A stretch of 64,000 nt of DNA from a virus. Lineage: Duplodnaviria; Caudoviricetes. The position numbers and the translations under genes were made by a program. The notes beneath the pieces were generated by a model. That model did no database searches and was not told where the DNA came from. It saw nothing but the letters and a program-made list of their open reading frames with translations. Where the stretch lies: the IMG/VR virus record IMGVR_UViG_2706795719_000001, positions 1 through 64,000 of that record. One strand, 5' to 3'. Below, in pieces: positions 27,821-38,411 of this stretch (within the stretch, counting starts at the first letter, position 1; every line of letters starts with the position of its first letter).

Positions 27821-28269
27821 TTATTTTTCTCGCAAATTTTCTTTAATGTAGGAACATCGTATTTAACAACCTGAGAATAATCACCTGTTAAACTAGCATT
27901 TTGTTGCATAACACGGTATGTGATAACAGCTCGTTGATAACAATTGAGCTCAACTTTTTTAGGTTGTTCCATTGGAGGAAGATTTCTATCTTTAGCTAAT
28001 TGAGCGTCAACACGGGCTGAAGCTTCAGCAATTTCTGCACGAACACGTAATCTGTCTGCTTCTCTTTTGGCATCAAGTTGACGTTCTAATTCAGCTCTAG
28101 ATTGATATTGTGGATTTTTATTAAAATAAGCGATTCCATTAGATGTTGATGCTAACTGCCCAGATTGTTGCATTCTAGCTTCACGTTTAGCTTTATAAGC
28201 TTCGTATTCAGCTTGGCTCATACATCCGGTCATAGTTAAACAAATAAGTCCGATTAAAATATGTTTCAT
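27817..28269 (-). CDS. predicted lipoprotein
   Basis: MKHILIGLICLTMTG-C lipobox; GAGGAG SD. Confidence 0.65.
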   Translation of the reverse strand: MKHILIGLICLTMTGCMSQAEYEAYKAKREARMQQSGQLASTSNGIAYFNKNPQYQSRAELERQLDAKREADRLRVRAEIAEASARVDAQLAKDRNLPPMEQPKKVELNCYQRAVITYRVMQQNASLTGDYSQVVKYDVPTLKKICEKNK

Positions 28270-28297
28270 AATATGTCTCCTCAATAAATTTAATCGG

Positions 28298-28328
28298 AAC
28301 TATATCACTTATTTTATAGAAGCATTAA
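28298..28328 (-). promoter_or_regulatory. MotA-dependent middle promoter upstream of the modification cluster
   Basis: TAATGCTTCT MotA-box-like element followed 13 nt later by TATAGT. Confidence 0.6.
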
Positions 28329-31036
28329 AAATCAAATAAATCAGCTAAAGAAGATTTTTTCTCATAATCAATTTTAGCGGCATTTGTAAATGATGATAAT
28401 GGTTTAACAAATGTTTTGTTAAAAAGTTCTTGGTAATCAAGATTACGTTTAACAAGCTCTTCTATTTCTTGTGGTAAATCTGAGCCAGAAGGCCAAGAGA
28501 TACATTTTTCACCAAATGGATTTCCTTCTTTTAATGGAAGAACTTTAACTTTCTCACCTTCAAAAATAGGTGGTGCACCATCTAAATTTTTAGTCGAACG
28601 ATTATAAGCTAAAACGCCTTTAACATGGTATGGACATCCTTTAGTTGGGAATCCTTCTGCGTCAGAATACTTCATAAGATTATTAGCACTTGATACTGAA
28701 GCTATTGAGCTATAATCGTTTTCTCGGAATTGTTTTTCAAATTCTTTATAATATTCTTGTAATGATTCTTCACCTTCTTGCAACATACGTCGAATACACT
28801 CTTTTAGTGCAACTTGGCAACTTTTTGGTGTACTAGATTTTTGTGTTTCTAGACCCATGATTTTTAATTCTGGGGTTTCGTATCTGGTACCTTCCATATC
28901 CCAGACATTTAATGCATATCGTTTCTTAGCAGTCCAGAATCCACCTAATCCTTTAGTTCCTAATGGAGGACCAGCAATAGCTTCTCGGTCCATAAACATC
29001 AAATGTTCTCTGTTGTTCATGTATTCTTTTAATTCACGATAAGCTGTGTCAATAGCGGGTTCCATTTTTTCTGATGCAAACTTAGATAAGAAATCTACTA
29101 ATTTTTGAGTATCGTTATTAAATTTATGTTCAACTTTATCTACTAAATTATCTAAACAAACATAAACTGAGTCTGTATCACCTGCGATAACATAAGAATA
29201 GTTTTCGGTTCCTAATGTTGTATTTAAATATTCGTTAATTTTGCGTTCAATCCACTGGATTGCAAGTTGTCCAAATAATGTAATGGCCGAAGCATTTCTT
29301 AAATCATAATATCTGAAGTAAATATTACCTAATGCACCATAACAAGAGTTAATCAATAATTTTCTGTTAATTTGGGCTGTATTAGATGTTACAATAACCC
29401 ACTCACAGTATTCTAATAATTTCTCTAAAGATTCTTTAGAAGCAGTATTTAATAAAGCTTTAAAGTCTTCATTAAAATCAAATCTTCCGTCAACTTCAGG
29501 TAAATCATTAGTCCCATAAGAACCTTTATGTAATGCGGCTTTAACAAGTTCTGCATTACGTTTAGCAGCTAACATATATCCTTTATGTTCTTTACGTTGT
29601 AAGAACACTTTTTCTACTTCTTCAGGAATAACACCTTGATATGATTTATCATACATCCAACCATTAGGAGAACATGAATAAACATCTGATGGTCTTGGCG
29701 CGGTCTTATTAATATAGTCAGCCATAGGTGCAACAGGAAAACTTCCTACTATTGTCTCTGGACTTATATTAGCTTGTCTAATAATACTCGGATATAGGCT
29801 TGTAAGGTCAAAACTTAATACCCATCGGTATGCATTAGGAACAGGTTCTTTAACATAAGCACCTGGATATCCTTGTCTTAAATGTTGTTTTAATTCAGGA
29901 ATAACTTTCTTTTTAACTTTAAGTGAATTAAAAATAATAGCGTCCCACGTTTTAATAGGGCTAAATACTGATTGAATTTGCATTTTTGAATAATATCCAA
30001 GAGATAATGCTAATTCAATAAATTGACGTTTCTTATCAATTTCTTGCACACAATTCACATCTTCAATATTATAACTAATATATCTATTGTGATTTGCCAT
30101 TCTTAATTTATTAAGAGCACCTTTATATTTTAGTTTACCTTTACCTGTTTCAAATTCCGCGATAAAGTCTAAATTATATGTAGGTTGGTTTGTAAAACTG
30201 AATTTCTTGTAAAGATCTAAATAATCAAGGACTGAAACACCCATGATATCGAAAATTTGTTTATCGCCATAAATATTTTGAATGACTTTAGAACGAATCT
30301 TTCGACATGGAGACATTCTTTTTGCAACTCGTTCACCTAAAACGTTTGTAATTCTATTAACAATATACGGGATATCAAATCCTTCAACGTTCCATCCTGT
30401 AAAAATAACAGGTGGTTTTTCTTCCCATAAACGAACATATTCTAATAATAGTTCTTCTTCTGTTTCGAAAGGAAGATAAACGACTTTATCAATAATTTCT
30501 TGAGATAATTCGTCACCACCTTGATTTTCCGGTAAAGCAGCTAATTTTGCATCCCATTTAGAGACACTACCAAAAGCAGAATTTAATAAGTCAAATACAT
30601 AAAACTTATCATCAATAGAATCGTAATGGGTAATAGCATCTATTTCATATAAAGCCAGTTCTGGTTTAGGAAAATCAGTACCAGTAACCTCAATGTCGCA
30701 GTTTGCAATACGAATGTATTTTCTATTATACATAACGTCATAAGCATAATTATCACTAATATAGGCCAATTTAAAGTCATCCATACCCATGACTTCTTGA
30801 CCTACATCTTTCATTCGCTTAGACCAATCACGTGCATCTTGGATAGAACTAAATTTTTTACGTGTACAATACTTTCCATAGATATCTTTGTATTTTGTTT
30901 CTGTTCCTTCTACAGAATGCCAAAATAAAGATGGTTCATATTGCACAGTTCGTTGGCGTTCTTTTCCATCTGAATCGATATACCTTTCAAAAATGTTATT
31001 ACCAATTTGTTCTACATTTAAATAAAATGGTTTCAT
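28325..31036 (-). CDS. 43: family B DNA polymerase gp43
   Basis: CDIEV exonuclease, SFDLTSLYPSII, KLLINSCYG and GDTDS motifs; 903 aa, unsplit. Confidence 0.98.
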   Translation of the reverse strand: MKPFYLNVEQIGNNIFERYIDSDGKERQRTVQYEPSLFWHSVEGTETKYKDIYGKYCTRKKFSSIQDARDWSKRMKDVGQEVMGMDDFKLAYISDNYAYDVMYNRKYIRIANCDIEVTGTDFPKPELALYEIDAITHYDSIDDKFYVFDLLNSAFGSVSKWDAKLAALPENQGGDELSQEIIDKVVYLPFETEEELLLEYVRLWEEKPPVIFTGWNVEGFDIPYIVNRITNVLGERVAKRMSPCRKIRSKVIQNIYGDKQIFDIMGVSVLDYLDLYKKFSFTNQPTYNLDFIAEFETGKGKLKYKGALNKLRMANHNRYISYNIEDVNCVQEIDKKRQFIELALSLGYYSKMQIQSVFSPIKTWDAIIFNSLKVKKKVIPELKQHLRQGYPGAYVKEPVPNAYRWVLSFDLTSLYPSIIRQANISPETIVGSFPVAPMADYINKTAPRPSDVYSCSPNGWMYDKSYQGVIPEEVEKVFLQRKEHKGYMLAAKRNAELVKAALHKGSYGTNDLPEVDGRFDFNEDFKALLNTASKESLEKLLEYCEWVIVTSNTAQINRKLLINSCYGALGNIYFRYYDLRNASAITLFGQLAIQWIERKINEYLNTTLGTENYSYVIAGDTDSVYVCLDNLVDKVEHKFNNDTQKLVDFLSKFASEKMEPAIDTAYRELKEYMNNREHLMFMDREAIAGPPLGTKGLGGFWTAKKRYALNVWDMEGTRYETPELKIMGLETQKSSTPKSCQVALKECIRRMLQEGEESLQEYYKEFEKQFRENDYSSIASVSSANNLMKYSDAEGFPTKGCPYHVKGVLAYNRSTKNLDGAPPIFEGEKVKVLPLKEGNPFGEKCISWPSGSDLPQEIEELVKRNLDYQELFNKTFVKPLSSFTNAAKIDYEKKSSLADLFDF

Positions 31037-31053
31037 GTATTTTCCTAGTTTTA

Positions 31054-31071
31054 ATTCCGAGTGATTAGAAT
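31054..31071 (-). promoter_or_regulatory. gp43 autogenous translational operator hairpin
   Basis: AUUCU-AAUCACUC-GGAAU just 5' of the SD; the T4 operator is AGCCU-AAUAACUC-GGGCU in the same position. Confidence 0.78.
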
Positions 31072-31074
31072 ATA

Positions 31075-31095
31075 AATAAAGGCCTTTCGGCCTTT
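31075..31095 (-). terminator. terminator upstream of gene 43
   Basis: AAAGGCC-GAAA-GGCCUUU followed by AUUUAU. Confidence 0.7.
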
Positions 31096-31098
31096 TTG

Positions 31099-31326
31099 TT
31101 AATATGTAGTTTCAACTACTAACTTACGTATTTTAGGTTCTTCTCTATTAGGGTCATAAGTAAACCCCATCATAACTTGCATAGATGGGTCTAATCTAAT
31201 AGATTCTGCTACTTGAATAGCTATTTGTTGTTCTATTGGTTTAGAAAAATAATCTGGGGCCTTAATAGTCAGATTTTTCAATTTAGCTAAAAATTCTTCT
31301 TCAGACGTATTTTCTTCAATAATCAT
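31099..31326 (-). CDS. hypothetical protein
   Basis: 75-aa ORF between regA and 43. Confidence 0.55.
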   Translation of the reverse strand: MIIEENTSEEEFLAKLKNLTIKAPDYFSKPIEQQIAIQVAESIRLDPSMQVMMGFTYDPNREEPKIRKLVVETTY

Positions 31327-31328
31327 TA

Positions 31329-31694
31329 TTAATTACCAATTCTGTATTTGTGGATTAATTTCCAGTCTTCTTTTTGTTTAAACGAAATAACACGGAAATT
31401 ATGTTCTTCTGGAAGATTTAATTTCTGCCCTTCAATAATATCACATAATTCCCAGGACTCTAATAAATTCGCAATAGAGTCACGACGTTGAATATCTTCT
31501 TCAGAGATATCTACTTTACGACCATCTAATTTTAAAAGCTCTTTAAAGTGAACAATAAAATATTTACCTTGTTTTTGTAAAATATGACAACTTTGATAAA
31601 GTTCTTTTTTAGAATTATTTGCAATACCAATTCGGGTTAAAGTTTCACGAATTTTTAGAAAGTCTTCAGGAGTTTTTAATTTAATTTCAATCAT
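31329..31694 (-). CDS. regA: RegA translational repressor
   Basis: EDFLKIRETLTRIGIAN..LYQSCHILQKQG.Y.IVHFKELL.LDG. Confidence 0.96.
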   Translation of the reverse strand: MIEIKLKTPEDFLKIRETLTRIGIANNSKKELYQSCHILQKQGKYFIVHFKELLKLDGRKVDISEEDIQRRDSIANLLESWELCDIIEGQKLNLPEEHNFRVISFKQKEDWKLIHKYRIGN

Positions 31695-31696
31695 AA

Positions 31697-32269
31697 TTAC
31701 CATGCCTTTATAAGTTTATTGATTTTTGTTCTATCAGTTTTATTTTTAATAACAGCTTTAAGAAAGTCTTCAGTTACCATAGCTTTTGTTTTCTTTAAAA
31801 AGTCAGATAAGGTTCCTTTAGCTTTCATTATCTTATAGTATTCATCTGCATCTCTTGTATTAATAACAAAATACATAGAAATTAATTGTAATATTACTTT
31901 ATATTCTGAATCATCATTATACTTGGCCCATTTGCCGTATCTTTTACCTGCTTGTATAGCTGCTCGATAATAATTATAATGGCCTTCATCTGACAATTCA
32001 GAACCATATAGATTCATGTAATGAACAGGAATAATACAATCAACATGTTGACTTAAAGCGTTATCAATCCAATGTTTTGAATACTGTTCTTTTTGTTCAA
32101 TAGTTAAATCATCTTTAGAAACTGTTATTCCATTTAATATAGCGAACATAACATTTTCAGAATTTTCTTTATAAGAATCTGCTAATTTTTTAACAGATTC
32201 CCAGTCTTGATTCATCCATGCTAGTTCATGTTCATTTAAATCAGGTTCGTCTTCAAATAAATTATACAT
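31697..32269 (-). CDS. 62: clamp loader subunit gp62
   Basis: IDNALSQHVDC, GKRYGKWAK; synteny. Confidence 0.92.
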   Translation of the reverse strand: MYNLFEDEPDLNEHELAWMNQDWESVKKLADSYKENSENVMFAILNGITVSKDDLTIEQKEQYSKHWIDNALSQHVDCIIPVHYMNLYGSELSDEGHYNYYRAAIQAGKRYGKWAKYNDDSEYKVILQLISMYFVINTRDADEYYKIMKAKGTLSDFLKKTKAMVTEDFLKAVIKNKTDRTKINKLIKAW

Positions 32270-33224
32270 TCCATGTTAATCCTACTGCTAAACTTACGAA
32301 TGTGGACATTAATAAAAGTTCTGTATTAGATGCTAATCCAAAAAACTTATTTGCATCACCAACAGTTTCATACATATGAACAACACCCACAGGTTTTAAT
32401 AACGGATATAATTCATTAGCTAATTGGAGAATAAATGTTTTAAAATCTGGCGCGTATTTAATGGCTAATACACGAAGATCTTTTATATTTTTTGTTTGTA
32501 ATGCAGTAATAACATCGTCAAGTTGTGATTTCTTATCAACAATACGTCCTAAAATACCTGTGTCAATTTTACCATTGACAGAATAAATATCAAGCTCATT
32601 TACAGTTTTACGTAAATCAGGAAAATTTTGTTTTACCAAATGGGCTAAAATTTTAATATCTTCTACTTCAATATTTTCTGCTTTACAAATTTCTACACAA
32701 CGTTTAATCATATCACGCATCATAGAAATTTTATCTTCATCAGAAGGGTCTGTAAATTTTATAACACGAGCACGTGATTGCAATGGTTTAATTATACCGT
32801 CTAAATTATTAGCAGTTATAATAATAGAGCAGTTTTTCGAATATGTTTCCATAAATGAGCGTAAATGACGTTGTGCATCACCTAAACCTGCACGGTCAAA
32901 TTCGTCAATAATAATAATTTTATTTCTTCCTTCTAAAGAACCTGAAGAAGCAAATGGAGTTAATTGAGTACGAATAAAATCGATTTTACAATCAGCCCCA
33001 TTAACAAACATATATTCAGAATTTGTTTGTTTTGCTAAAATTAAAGCCGTAGTCGTTTTACCCGTTCCTGGACTTGGAGATGTTAAAATTAAATGTGGAA
33101 TACGGCCCTTTTTAATAAGGGCATTAAACGTTTCTTTATCATGTTTAGGTAAAATACATTCATCAATTGTTTGAGGGCGATATTTCTGCTCAAACATAAA
33201 CTCGTCTTTATTAATAGAAATCAT
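32262..33224 (-). CDS. 44: clamp loader AAA+ subunit gp44
   Basis: EQKYRP, SPGTGKTT, IIDEFD and PLQSR motifs. Confidence 0.96.
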   Translation of the reverse strand: MISINKDEFMFEQKYRPQTIDECILPKHDKETFNALIKKGRIPHLILTSPSPGTGKTTTALILAKQTNSEYMFVNGADCKIDFIRTQLTPFASSGSLEGRNKIIIIDEFDRAGLGDAQRHLRSFMETYSKNCSIIITANNLDGIIKPLQSRARVIKFTDPSDEDKISMMRDMIKRCVEICKAENIEVEDIKILAHLVKQNFPDLRKTVNELDIYSVNGKIDTGILGRIVDKKSQLDDVITALQTKNIKDLRVLAIKYAPDFKTFILQLANELYPLLKPVGVVHMYETVGDANKFFGLASNTELLLMSTFVSLAVGLTWNV

Positions 33225-33238
33225 AATATTAATTTACC

Positions 33239-33919
33239 TTAAAATGTGTGATTAGATTCTTGTTCCAGCACAATTACATATTTAAATGTAGGTGTTTCAA
33301 ATTTAATAGCACCTTTACTAGAAATCATAATTTTATAATCTGCCATTAGTACTTTCATATTATTCATATTAATGACAAATTTAAATGTTTCTGAAGATTC
33401 CCATTCACAGACTTCAATAGAAAATAACACTTTTTCTAAATTAGCGTCAACAGCTTTATTGTAACCATTAATAACAATTTTATTATCTAATGATTCAATG
33501 GCAATAGTATCTGCACCAACAGCTCGAGTCATTTTTGTAATTTGTTGTAGATCTTCAGCTTTCAATTCAAAAATTACGTCTGCTACTGGAAATCCAATAG
33601 GGTTTTTAGGAACTACGATAGTACTTAAATCTGCTGTTGCAAAAAACACTTCTGTACGGTCATTTTTAATTACAGCAACTCGTTCTTGTTCATTATGGGT
33701 AATAGTTGCGTCTTCACCAACTAAGGCTAAAATATTTAAAAAACCCGGCAAATCATAAATAGGCATTTCTGAATCAATTTCATCTGCGATAGTTGCATCA
33801 GCATAAACAGTTTTATTAATTGCACGTGTCATAATGAAATTACCTGGTTTTAAAACAATACCCGGATTAATTGCACTAAAATTTTTAAGAATGGTTAAAG
33901 TATCTTTACTAAATTTCAT
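33239..33919 (-). CDS. 45: sliding clamp gp45
   Basis: MKFSKDTL.ILKNFSAIN.GI, IYDL.GFL. Confidence 0.95.
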   Translation of the reverse strand: MKFSKDTLTILKNFSAINPGIVLKPGNFIMTRAINKTVYADATIADEIDSEMPIYDLPGFLNILALVGEDATITHNEQERVAVIKNDRTEVFFATADLSTIVVPKNPIGFPVADVIFELKAEDLQQITKMTRAVGADTIAIESLDNKIVINGYNKAVDANLEKVLFSIEVCEWESSETFKFVINMNNMKVLMADYKIMISSKGAIKFETPTFKYVIVLEQESNHTF

Positions 33920-33928
33920 TATATTACC

Positions 33929-34255
33929 TTATTTGATTGTTTCAATTACAGAAAGAGCAGCTTTTAATAATAATTCTGTAGTATCAATTTGGAATTTTTC
34001 TTCAAGAATATCTGTTCCAGGAATAAGTTTTGCACCATTTTTGATAGCTTCTTCTTTATGGGCTTTCATTAACTTAATATATTCTTTTGATACATCAGAA
34101 TCAATAGACCTATAAAAACTAAATTTGGTTTCTTTTGGAAGAGATTTTAATTTAGATTTTTTAGATTCTGGTAATTGCGATACCCATGCTTGACGAATTG
34201 CATTTTTAAAATCTTTATCTTTTAATTTAGTTTCTTTAATCATATACATCCTCAA
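33929..34255 (-). CDS. rpbA: RNA polymerase binding protein RpbA
   Basis: IRQAWVSQLP..FY..ID..VS; synteny. Confidence 0.8.
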   Translation of the reverse strand: MRMYMIKETKLKDKDFKNAIRQAWVSQLPESKKSKLKSLPKETKFSFYRSIDSDVSKEYIKLMKAHKEEAIKNGAKLIPGTDILEEKFQIDTTELLLKAALSVIETIK

Positions 34256-34418
34256 CAGTCCAATAATTGTGTCTGTTATTCATTATTTTAGGAAGTTCGT
34301 CTCCGAACTTCTCTTCAAGTTGTTGTTTTGTAACCAGTATTATATCATCTGTATATCTATTGCAAAGATAATATTTTTTAATTTCTGGATAAGTTTCTAA
34401 ATCTGTAAATAAACTCAT
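34236..34418 (-). CDS. 45.2: gp45.2-like protein
   Basis: size and synteny between 46 and rpbA. Confidence 0.6.
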   Translation of the reverse strand: MSLFTDLETYPEIKKYYLCNRYTDDIILVTKQQLEEKFGDELPKIMNNRHNYWTVEDVYD

Positions 34419-36100
34419 TGTTCTTCTTTAATTGTAAATCGACCAATTTTATTCATTATAATATGACGGTCATAATCTTGTGGATTATGGTCACTATGTG
34501 AAATAATAAACACATTATGGTCTTCCATAGAATTAAGAATTGACATTATTCCTTTAGAGGCTTCAGAGTCCATACTACCGTCAAAAACTTCATCTAAAAA
34601 TAATGTTTTTATATTAACACCAGATATCATTGATGCAATGTCATGCCAAGTAAATAAAATAGCAGAATCTATTCTTGCTTTTTCACCTTCACTAAACGAA
34701 AAATAAGAAAATGTTTCTCGTCCACGAGACTTAATGGTTTCTGCAAATTCTTCATTTAAAGTGACTTGGTAATCTGCGCCTAATTTAGCTAAATGTTTAT
34801 TCAATTGCTTATTAAACAAAGGAATATATTTAGAAATTATAGCTCCTTTAATACCAGTATCTTTTAACATATCTGTTAAAATACCTCTATGATATTTTTC
34901 CATAACCATATCGGTTTTAAGTTTAACAATTTTATCAAGATCTTTTAGTAAAGCTTCAATTTTATCAGAATTATCAATTTTTTCTTTAGATGCTTGCTCT
35001 ATTGCTTCATTTAATCTATCAATATTACTTGTTGATTTGAGTATTAAATCAGTAAGGGTTTTTATTTCCATATTGATTTCGGATATTTTTTGTTCTTGAC
35101 GTTTAAACATGTTTAGTTTTTGTTCAACGTCTTTAGACATATCTGAAAGCTTAATTAAAGCCTTATCACATTTTGCAATAGATTCTTTAATCATTGGAAC
35201 TTTAGATGTCCCTTGGAGTTCCTGCATACAACTGGGACAACTCCCGCCTCTATCGTATAAAGAAATAACTCTTGAGTAATTTTCTTTTTCAGTTTTAACT
35301 TTAGAAATAGCCTGAACTATTTTTGTCATAGAACTTTGTGGGTTATCACCAAGAACAATAGTCTTCAATTCTTCTTGTAGTCTGGATATTTTTGCTTTTG
35401 ATTCTGATATATCAAGTAGCTGTTTATCTTTTAACTCTTGGTAACGGTCAATGTTAGCAGATGACAATTTCTCTTGCGATTCTGCAAAATCTTTTTGTGC
35501 TTTTAATTGTGCATCCAAAGAATCTTTTTTAGCATCTATAATAGCAAGTTTTTGGTTTATTTCACGGATATAAGATTTATTAAGTTTATCCATGATTCCT
35601 AGTGTATTTACGTTTAAAAGATCTTCTACTAATTTTCTCCGTTCAGGGGTCTTTTGTTGCATAAAAGGGACAAACCCGGCAGTACCAAGAACAATTGTGT
35701 TTTTAAATGTTTCCATATTCATTCCAATCATTAATTCAAATTTTTCTTGGAAATCTTTTACAGAAGCATCTTCATCTAAAGGCTTATCATTAACCTTTAT
35801 TTCAAACACATTAGGTTTTTGTCCGCGTTTAACAAAATATTCATCAGAACCATATTTAAACCATAACTCGACTATTAAGTCTTTTTTATTAAAAGAATTA
35901 ATTAGCATTCCTTTTTTAATAGGTCTAAATGGTTTACCAAATAATGCAAAACAAATTGCTTCTAACATGGTGCTTTTACCAGCGCCATTTTTGCCAGTAA
36001 TCAATGTTTTATGATGTTGGTCTAATACAATATCTATAGGAGCTTGTCCAACAGATAATATATTCTTATATTTTACCCTAATTAATTTAAATTCTTTCAT
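34415..36100 (-). CDS. 46: Rad50/SbcC-like recombination ATPase gp46
   Basis: GKNGAGKST, CPSC zinc hook, FSEGEKARID and LDEVFD. Confidence 0.96.
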   Translation of the reverse strand: MKEFKLIRVKYKNILSVGQAPIDIVLDQHHKTLITGKNGAGKSTMLEAICFALFGKPFRPIKKGMLINSFNKKDLIVELWFKYGSDEYFVKRGQKPNVFEIKVNDKPLDEDASVKDFQEKFELMIGMNMETFKNTIVLGTAGFVPFMQQKTPERRKLVEDLLNVNTLGIMDKLNKSYIREINQKLAIIDAKKDSLDAQLKAQKDFAESQEKLSSANIDRYQELKDKQLLDISESKAKISRLQEELKTIVLGDNPQSSMTKIVQAISKVKTEKENYSRVISLYDRGGSCPSCMQELQGTSKVPMIKESIAKCDKALIKLSDMSKDVEQKLNMFKRQEQKISEINMEIKTLTDLILKSTSNIDRLNEAIEQASKEKIDNSDKIEALLKDLDKIVKLKTDMVMEKYHRGILTDMLKDTGIKGAIISKYIPLFNKQLNKHLAKLGADYQVTLNEEFAETIKSRGRETFSYFSFSEGEKARIDSAILFTWHDIASMISGVNIKTLFLDEVFDGSMDSEASKGIMSILNSMEDHNVFIISHSDHNPQDYDRHIIMNKIGRFTIKEEQ

Positions 36101-37119
36101 TATGAATTAACCGATTCCACGTGAAGGCTTAAGGCATACTTAAACAAGATTTCTTTCTCTTCATCAGATATACCGTCTATTGCATTAATGTATTCTCGGA
36201 TTATTGTTTCTAAACTTTCTACGATAATATCTTCTGAATCATCTACATCAGGTCCTTGGACATTATTCTTAGAAACAATTTTTAAAGAGTGCACAACAGA
36301 TTCTAATTTTGATTCAAACTCTGTAAAATTGTCATCCATTTTATTAACAATAACACGGACAGCAATATCTTTATAATCATCAGGATTAATATCAGATGGA
36401 TATTGAATCCGTTGATGCCACATTGTTTTGTTCTGAACAAACTTGGTTGTATGGTCTTTTGGATTAAATATCCATACACCTCTAGGGTCGTCCTCATCGC
36501 CGGCAGTAATTGAATACGGCGTACCAATATATAATACATTACCTGCTTCAGAAATTGTATGGAAGTGCCCTGAGTAAACTTTATCATATTTTTTTAAGAA
36601 ATCTGGTTCTAGACCATGAGACTTCATCCCTTTATAAAAATAGAATCCATTTAATTCCCAGTGCCCTATACAAATTTTAGCATTAGAACTTTTAATATGG
36701 TCTAAGATTTCTTTTGTATTTTCTTCACACATCCATGGGATTAAATCAATTAAAACACCTTCTATTTCTACTGTGGTTGGTTTATCATAAATTGTAACAT
36801 TGCTGTGCTTAGATAATAACTCAGATACAGAGTTGGGATGAATTTTATTTTTGAAATGTAAATCATGATTACCGATAATCACGTGTAAGTTAATTCCGGC
36901 TTTTTTAAATTCATTTACGTTTTCTCTAGAAAATTCCATTGTGACATGAGTGATTGCTTTTCTAACATCAAACCAATCACCAAATTGAATAATTTCTGTG
37001 ATTCCATTTAGTTTACAGACTTCTATTACTTGTTTAACTGAATCTCTTTGGATATTTTGAATCCAAGGGTCGTCTTTAGCGACCCCATAATGTAAATCAC
37101 CCATAAATAAAATCATCAT
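36100..37119 (-). CDS. 47: Mre11/SbcD-like nuclease gp47
   Basis: GDLHYG, GDWFD, GNHD, GHWE and SGHFH phosphoesterase motifs. Confidence 0.96.
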   Translation of the reverse strand: MMILFMGDLHYGVAKDDPWIQNIQRDSVKQVIEVCKLNGITEIIQFGDWFDVRKAITHVTMEFSRENVNEFKKAGINLHVIIGNHDLHFKNKIHPNSVSELLSKHSNVTIYDKPTTVEIEGVLIDLIPWMCEENTKEILDHIKSSNAKICIGHWELNGFYFYKGMKSHGLEPDFLKKYDKVYSGHFHTISEAGNVLYIGTPYSITAGDEDDPRGVWIFNPKDHTTKFVQNKTMWHQRIQYPSDINPDDYKDIAVRVIVNKMDDNFTEFESKLESVVHSLKIVSKNNVQGPDVDDSEDIIVESLETIIREYINAIDGISDEEKEILFKYALSLHVESVNS

Positions 37120-37134
37120 AATATCCTTTGTCAA

Positions 37135-37338
37135 TTAAAAATTATACCATTTTTTAATTCTAGCAGAATCTGCAATAACTTCTTCGTATCCATCAAATTT
37201 ATATACTTCACCACTGCCAACCTTTCTAGCAGAGGTTTTTGTTAATTTAACATAGAATGAATTAGCAAATTCAAACATAGTATCTGTTTTGAGTTTTTTA
37301 AATGTTGATGTCTGTATCATTTTCTTTGGCTTCTTCAA
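37135..37338 (-). CDS. hypothetical protein (a-gt.3 position)
   Basis: ends ARIKKWY; synteny. Confidence 0.5.
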   Translation of the reverse strand: MKKPKKMIQTSTFKKLKTDTMFEFANSFYVKLTKTSARKVGSGEVYKFDGYEEVIADSARIKKWYNF

Positions 37339-37639
37339 TTATTTTAAACATAGCTTTACGAGAGGTTTCATAACAATATTCTAGAACACCATGTTCTGTA
37401 GATTGTTTATAAATCTTACGTAATTTGCCTAAAGCGTAAATAAATTGTTCTTTATTTCCACTTAATAAAGATTCTTCGTATAAAGTTTTTAATCGATTAA
37501 TTTCTCGTTTGTTCTTTTTAAGAATCTTTTCTGCTCGTTTTTCAGCTTCGGCTTGAAGTCTTTTTTCATATTTTTCTACATCAGGGTCAATACTATCATT
37601 GGTAATTTCTTTAGATTCATTCATTATCAGTCCACTCAA
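37298..37639 (-). CDS. a-gt.4-like protein
   Basis: AEKILKKNKREINRLK...YALGKLR.IY; synteny. Confidence 0.65.
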   Translation of the reverse strand: MSGLIMNESKEITNDSIDPDVEKYEKRLQAEAEKRAEKILKKNKREINRLKTLYEESLLSGNKEQFIYALGKLRKIYKQSTEHGVLEYCYETSRKAMFKIIEEAKENDTDINI

Positions 37640-37925
37640 ATTCTAAGTATAAATTAAAATCCTCTATAGTGTATGAATGATTAAATACTCCCTGTTTTAC
37701 GGAAATATCTTCATCATATACATTAATAGGATCAATTATCACAGGGATATTATAATATTCTTTTAAAAAAAGCTTAATTAAATACGGTATTGCGTTTATA
37801 TCGTTATATTCTTCAATCAATGGTGTTAGATTGAGTTTCTTCTTCAAGTAATTCATAAAAATCATCCAATGTAGGTCCTGTATCACTAGTCTTTTTAGAC
37901 CCACTAGATTTAACAGAACTTTCAT
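37617..37925 (-). CDS. a-gt.5-like protein (true start probably near the gene 55 stop)
   Basis: AIPYLIK..L...IDP; synteny. Confidence 0.5.
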   Translation of the reverse strand: MKVLLNLVGLKRLVIQDLHWMIFMNYLKKKLNLTPLIEEYNDINAIPYLIKLFLKEYYNIPVIIDPINVYDEDISVKQGVFNHSYTIEDFNLYLEFEWTDNE

Positions 37926-38361
37926 AAGAAGTTAATTTGTCATATATGTCCTGTATAAAAGTTTCATCAGCAATTTGTGTTAAATCACTATCAAACTCAT
38001 CATATACATTATGGACAAAATAGCTATATTTTATTGCCATTTCTTTTCGTTCTTTTTTAATTCGTTGAACGAAGGCATTAAAACAAGCCATAGTGATGTA
38101 AGCATGTGGATTATTATATTTAGTTTCGTCAAAGCCATATAAACCTTTTATTGTGGCTTCAATCCCATCCCAATACATTTCTTGTTTCCAAGCAGCTGTA
38201 TATCCAGAAAAATTATATCGATTAGAAAGACCTTCAGCTATAAGCATAATAGCTCGTCCTATAGAATCAGGAATTTTAACTTGATGTCCCGCTTTATAAC
38301 ATTTTTGTTTCCAATCACAAATCTCTTTATATAATTCTTTATTGTTAATATAATTATTCAT
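37813..38361 (-). CDS. 55: late transcription sigma factor gp55
   Basis: [45 protein letters not shown]. Confidence 0.96.
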   Translation of the reverse strand: MNNYINNKELYKEICDWKQKCYKAGHQVKIPDSIGRAIMLIAEGLSNRYNFSGYTAAWKQEMYWDGIEATIKGLYGFDETKYNNPHAYITMACFNAFVQRIKKERKEMAIKYSYFVHNVYDEFDSDLTQIADETFIQDIYDKLTSYESSVKSSGSKKTSDTGPTLDDFYELLEEETQSNTID

Positions 38362-38411
38362 CAAGAACCTCCAAGTTAATTATATACAAAAATAATATTT
38401 TGCATTTGCAA

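Noticed and set aside
31071-31078. Plus-strand TATAAATA late promoter antisense to regA
   Set aside because: The 8-mer is expected by chance in AT-rich DNA and coincides with the U-rich tail of the minus-strand terminator
36303-36587. Alternative-frame ORF nested in gene 47 (also 41621-41845 in nrdD)
   Set aside because: Fully nested out-of-frame ORFs with no motifs
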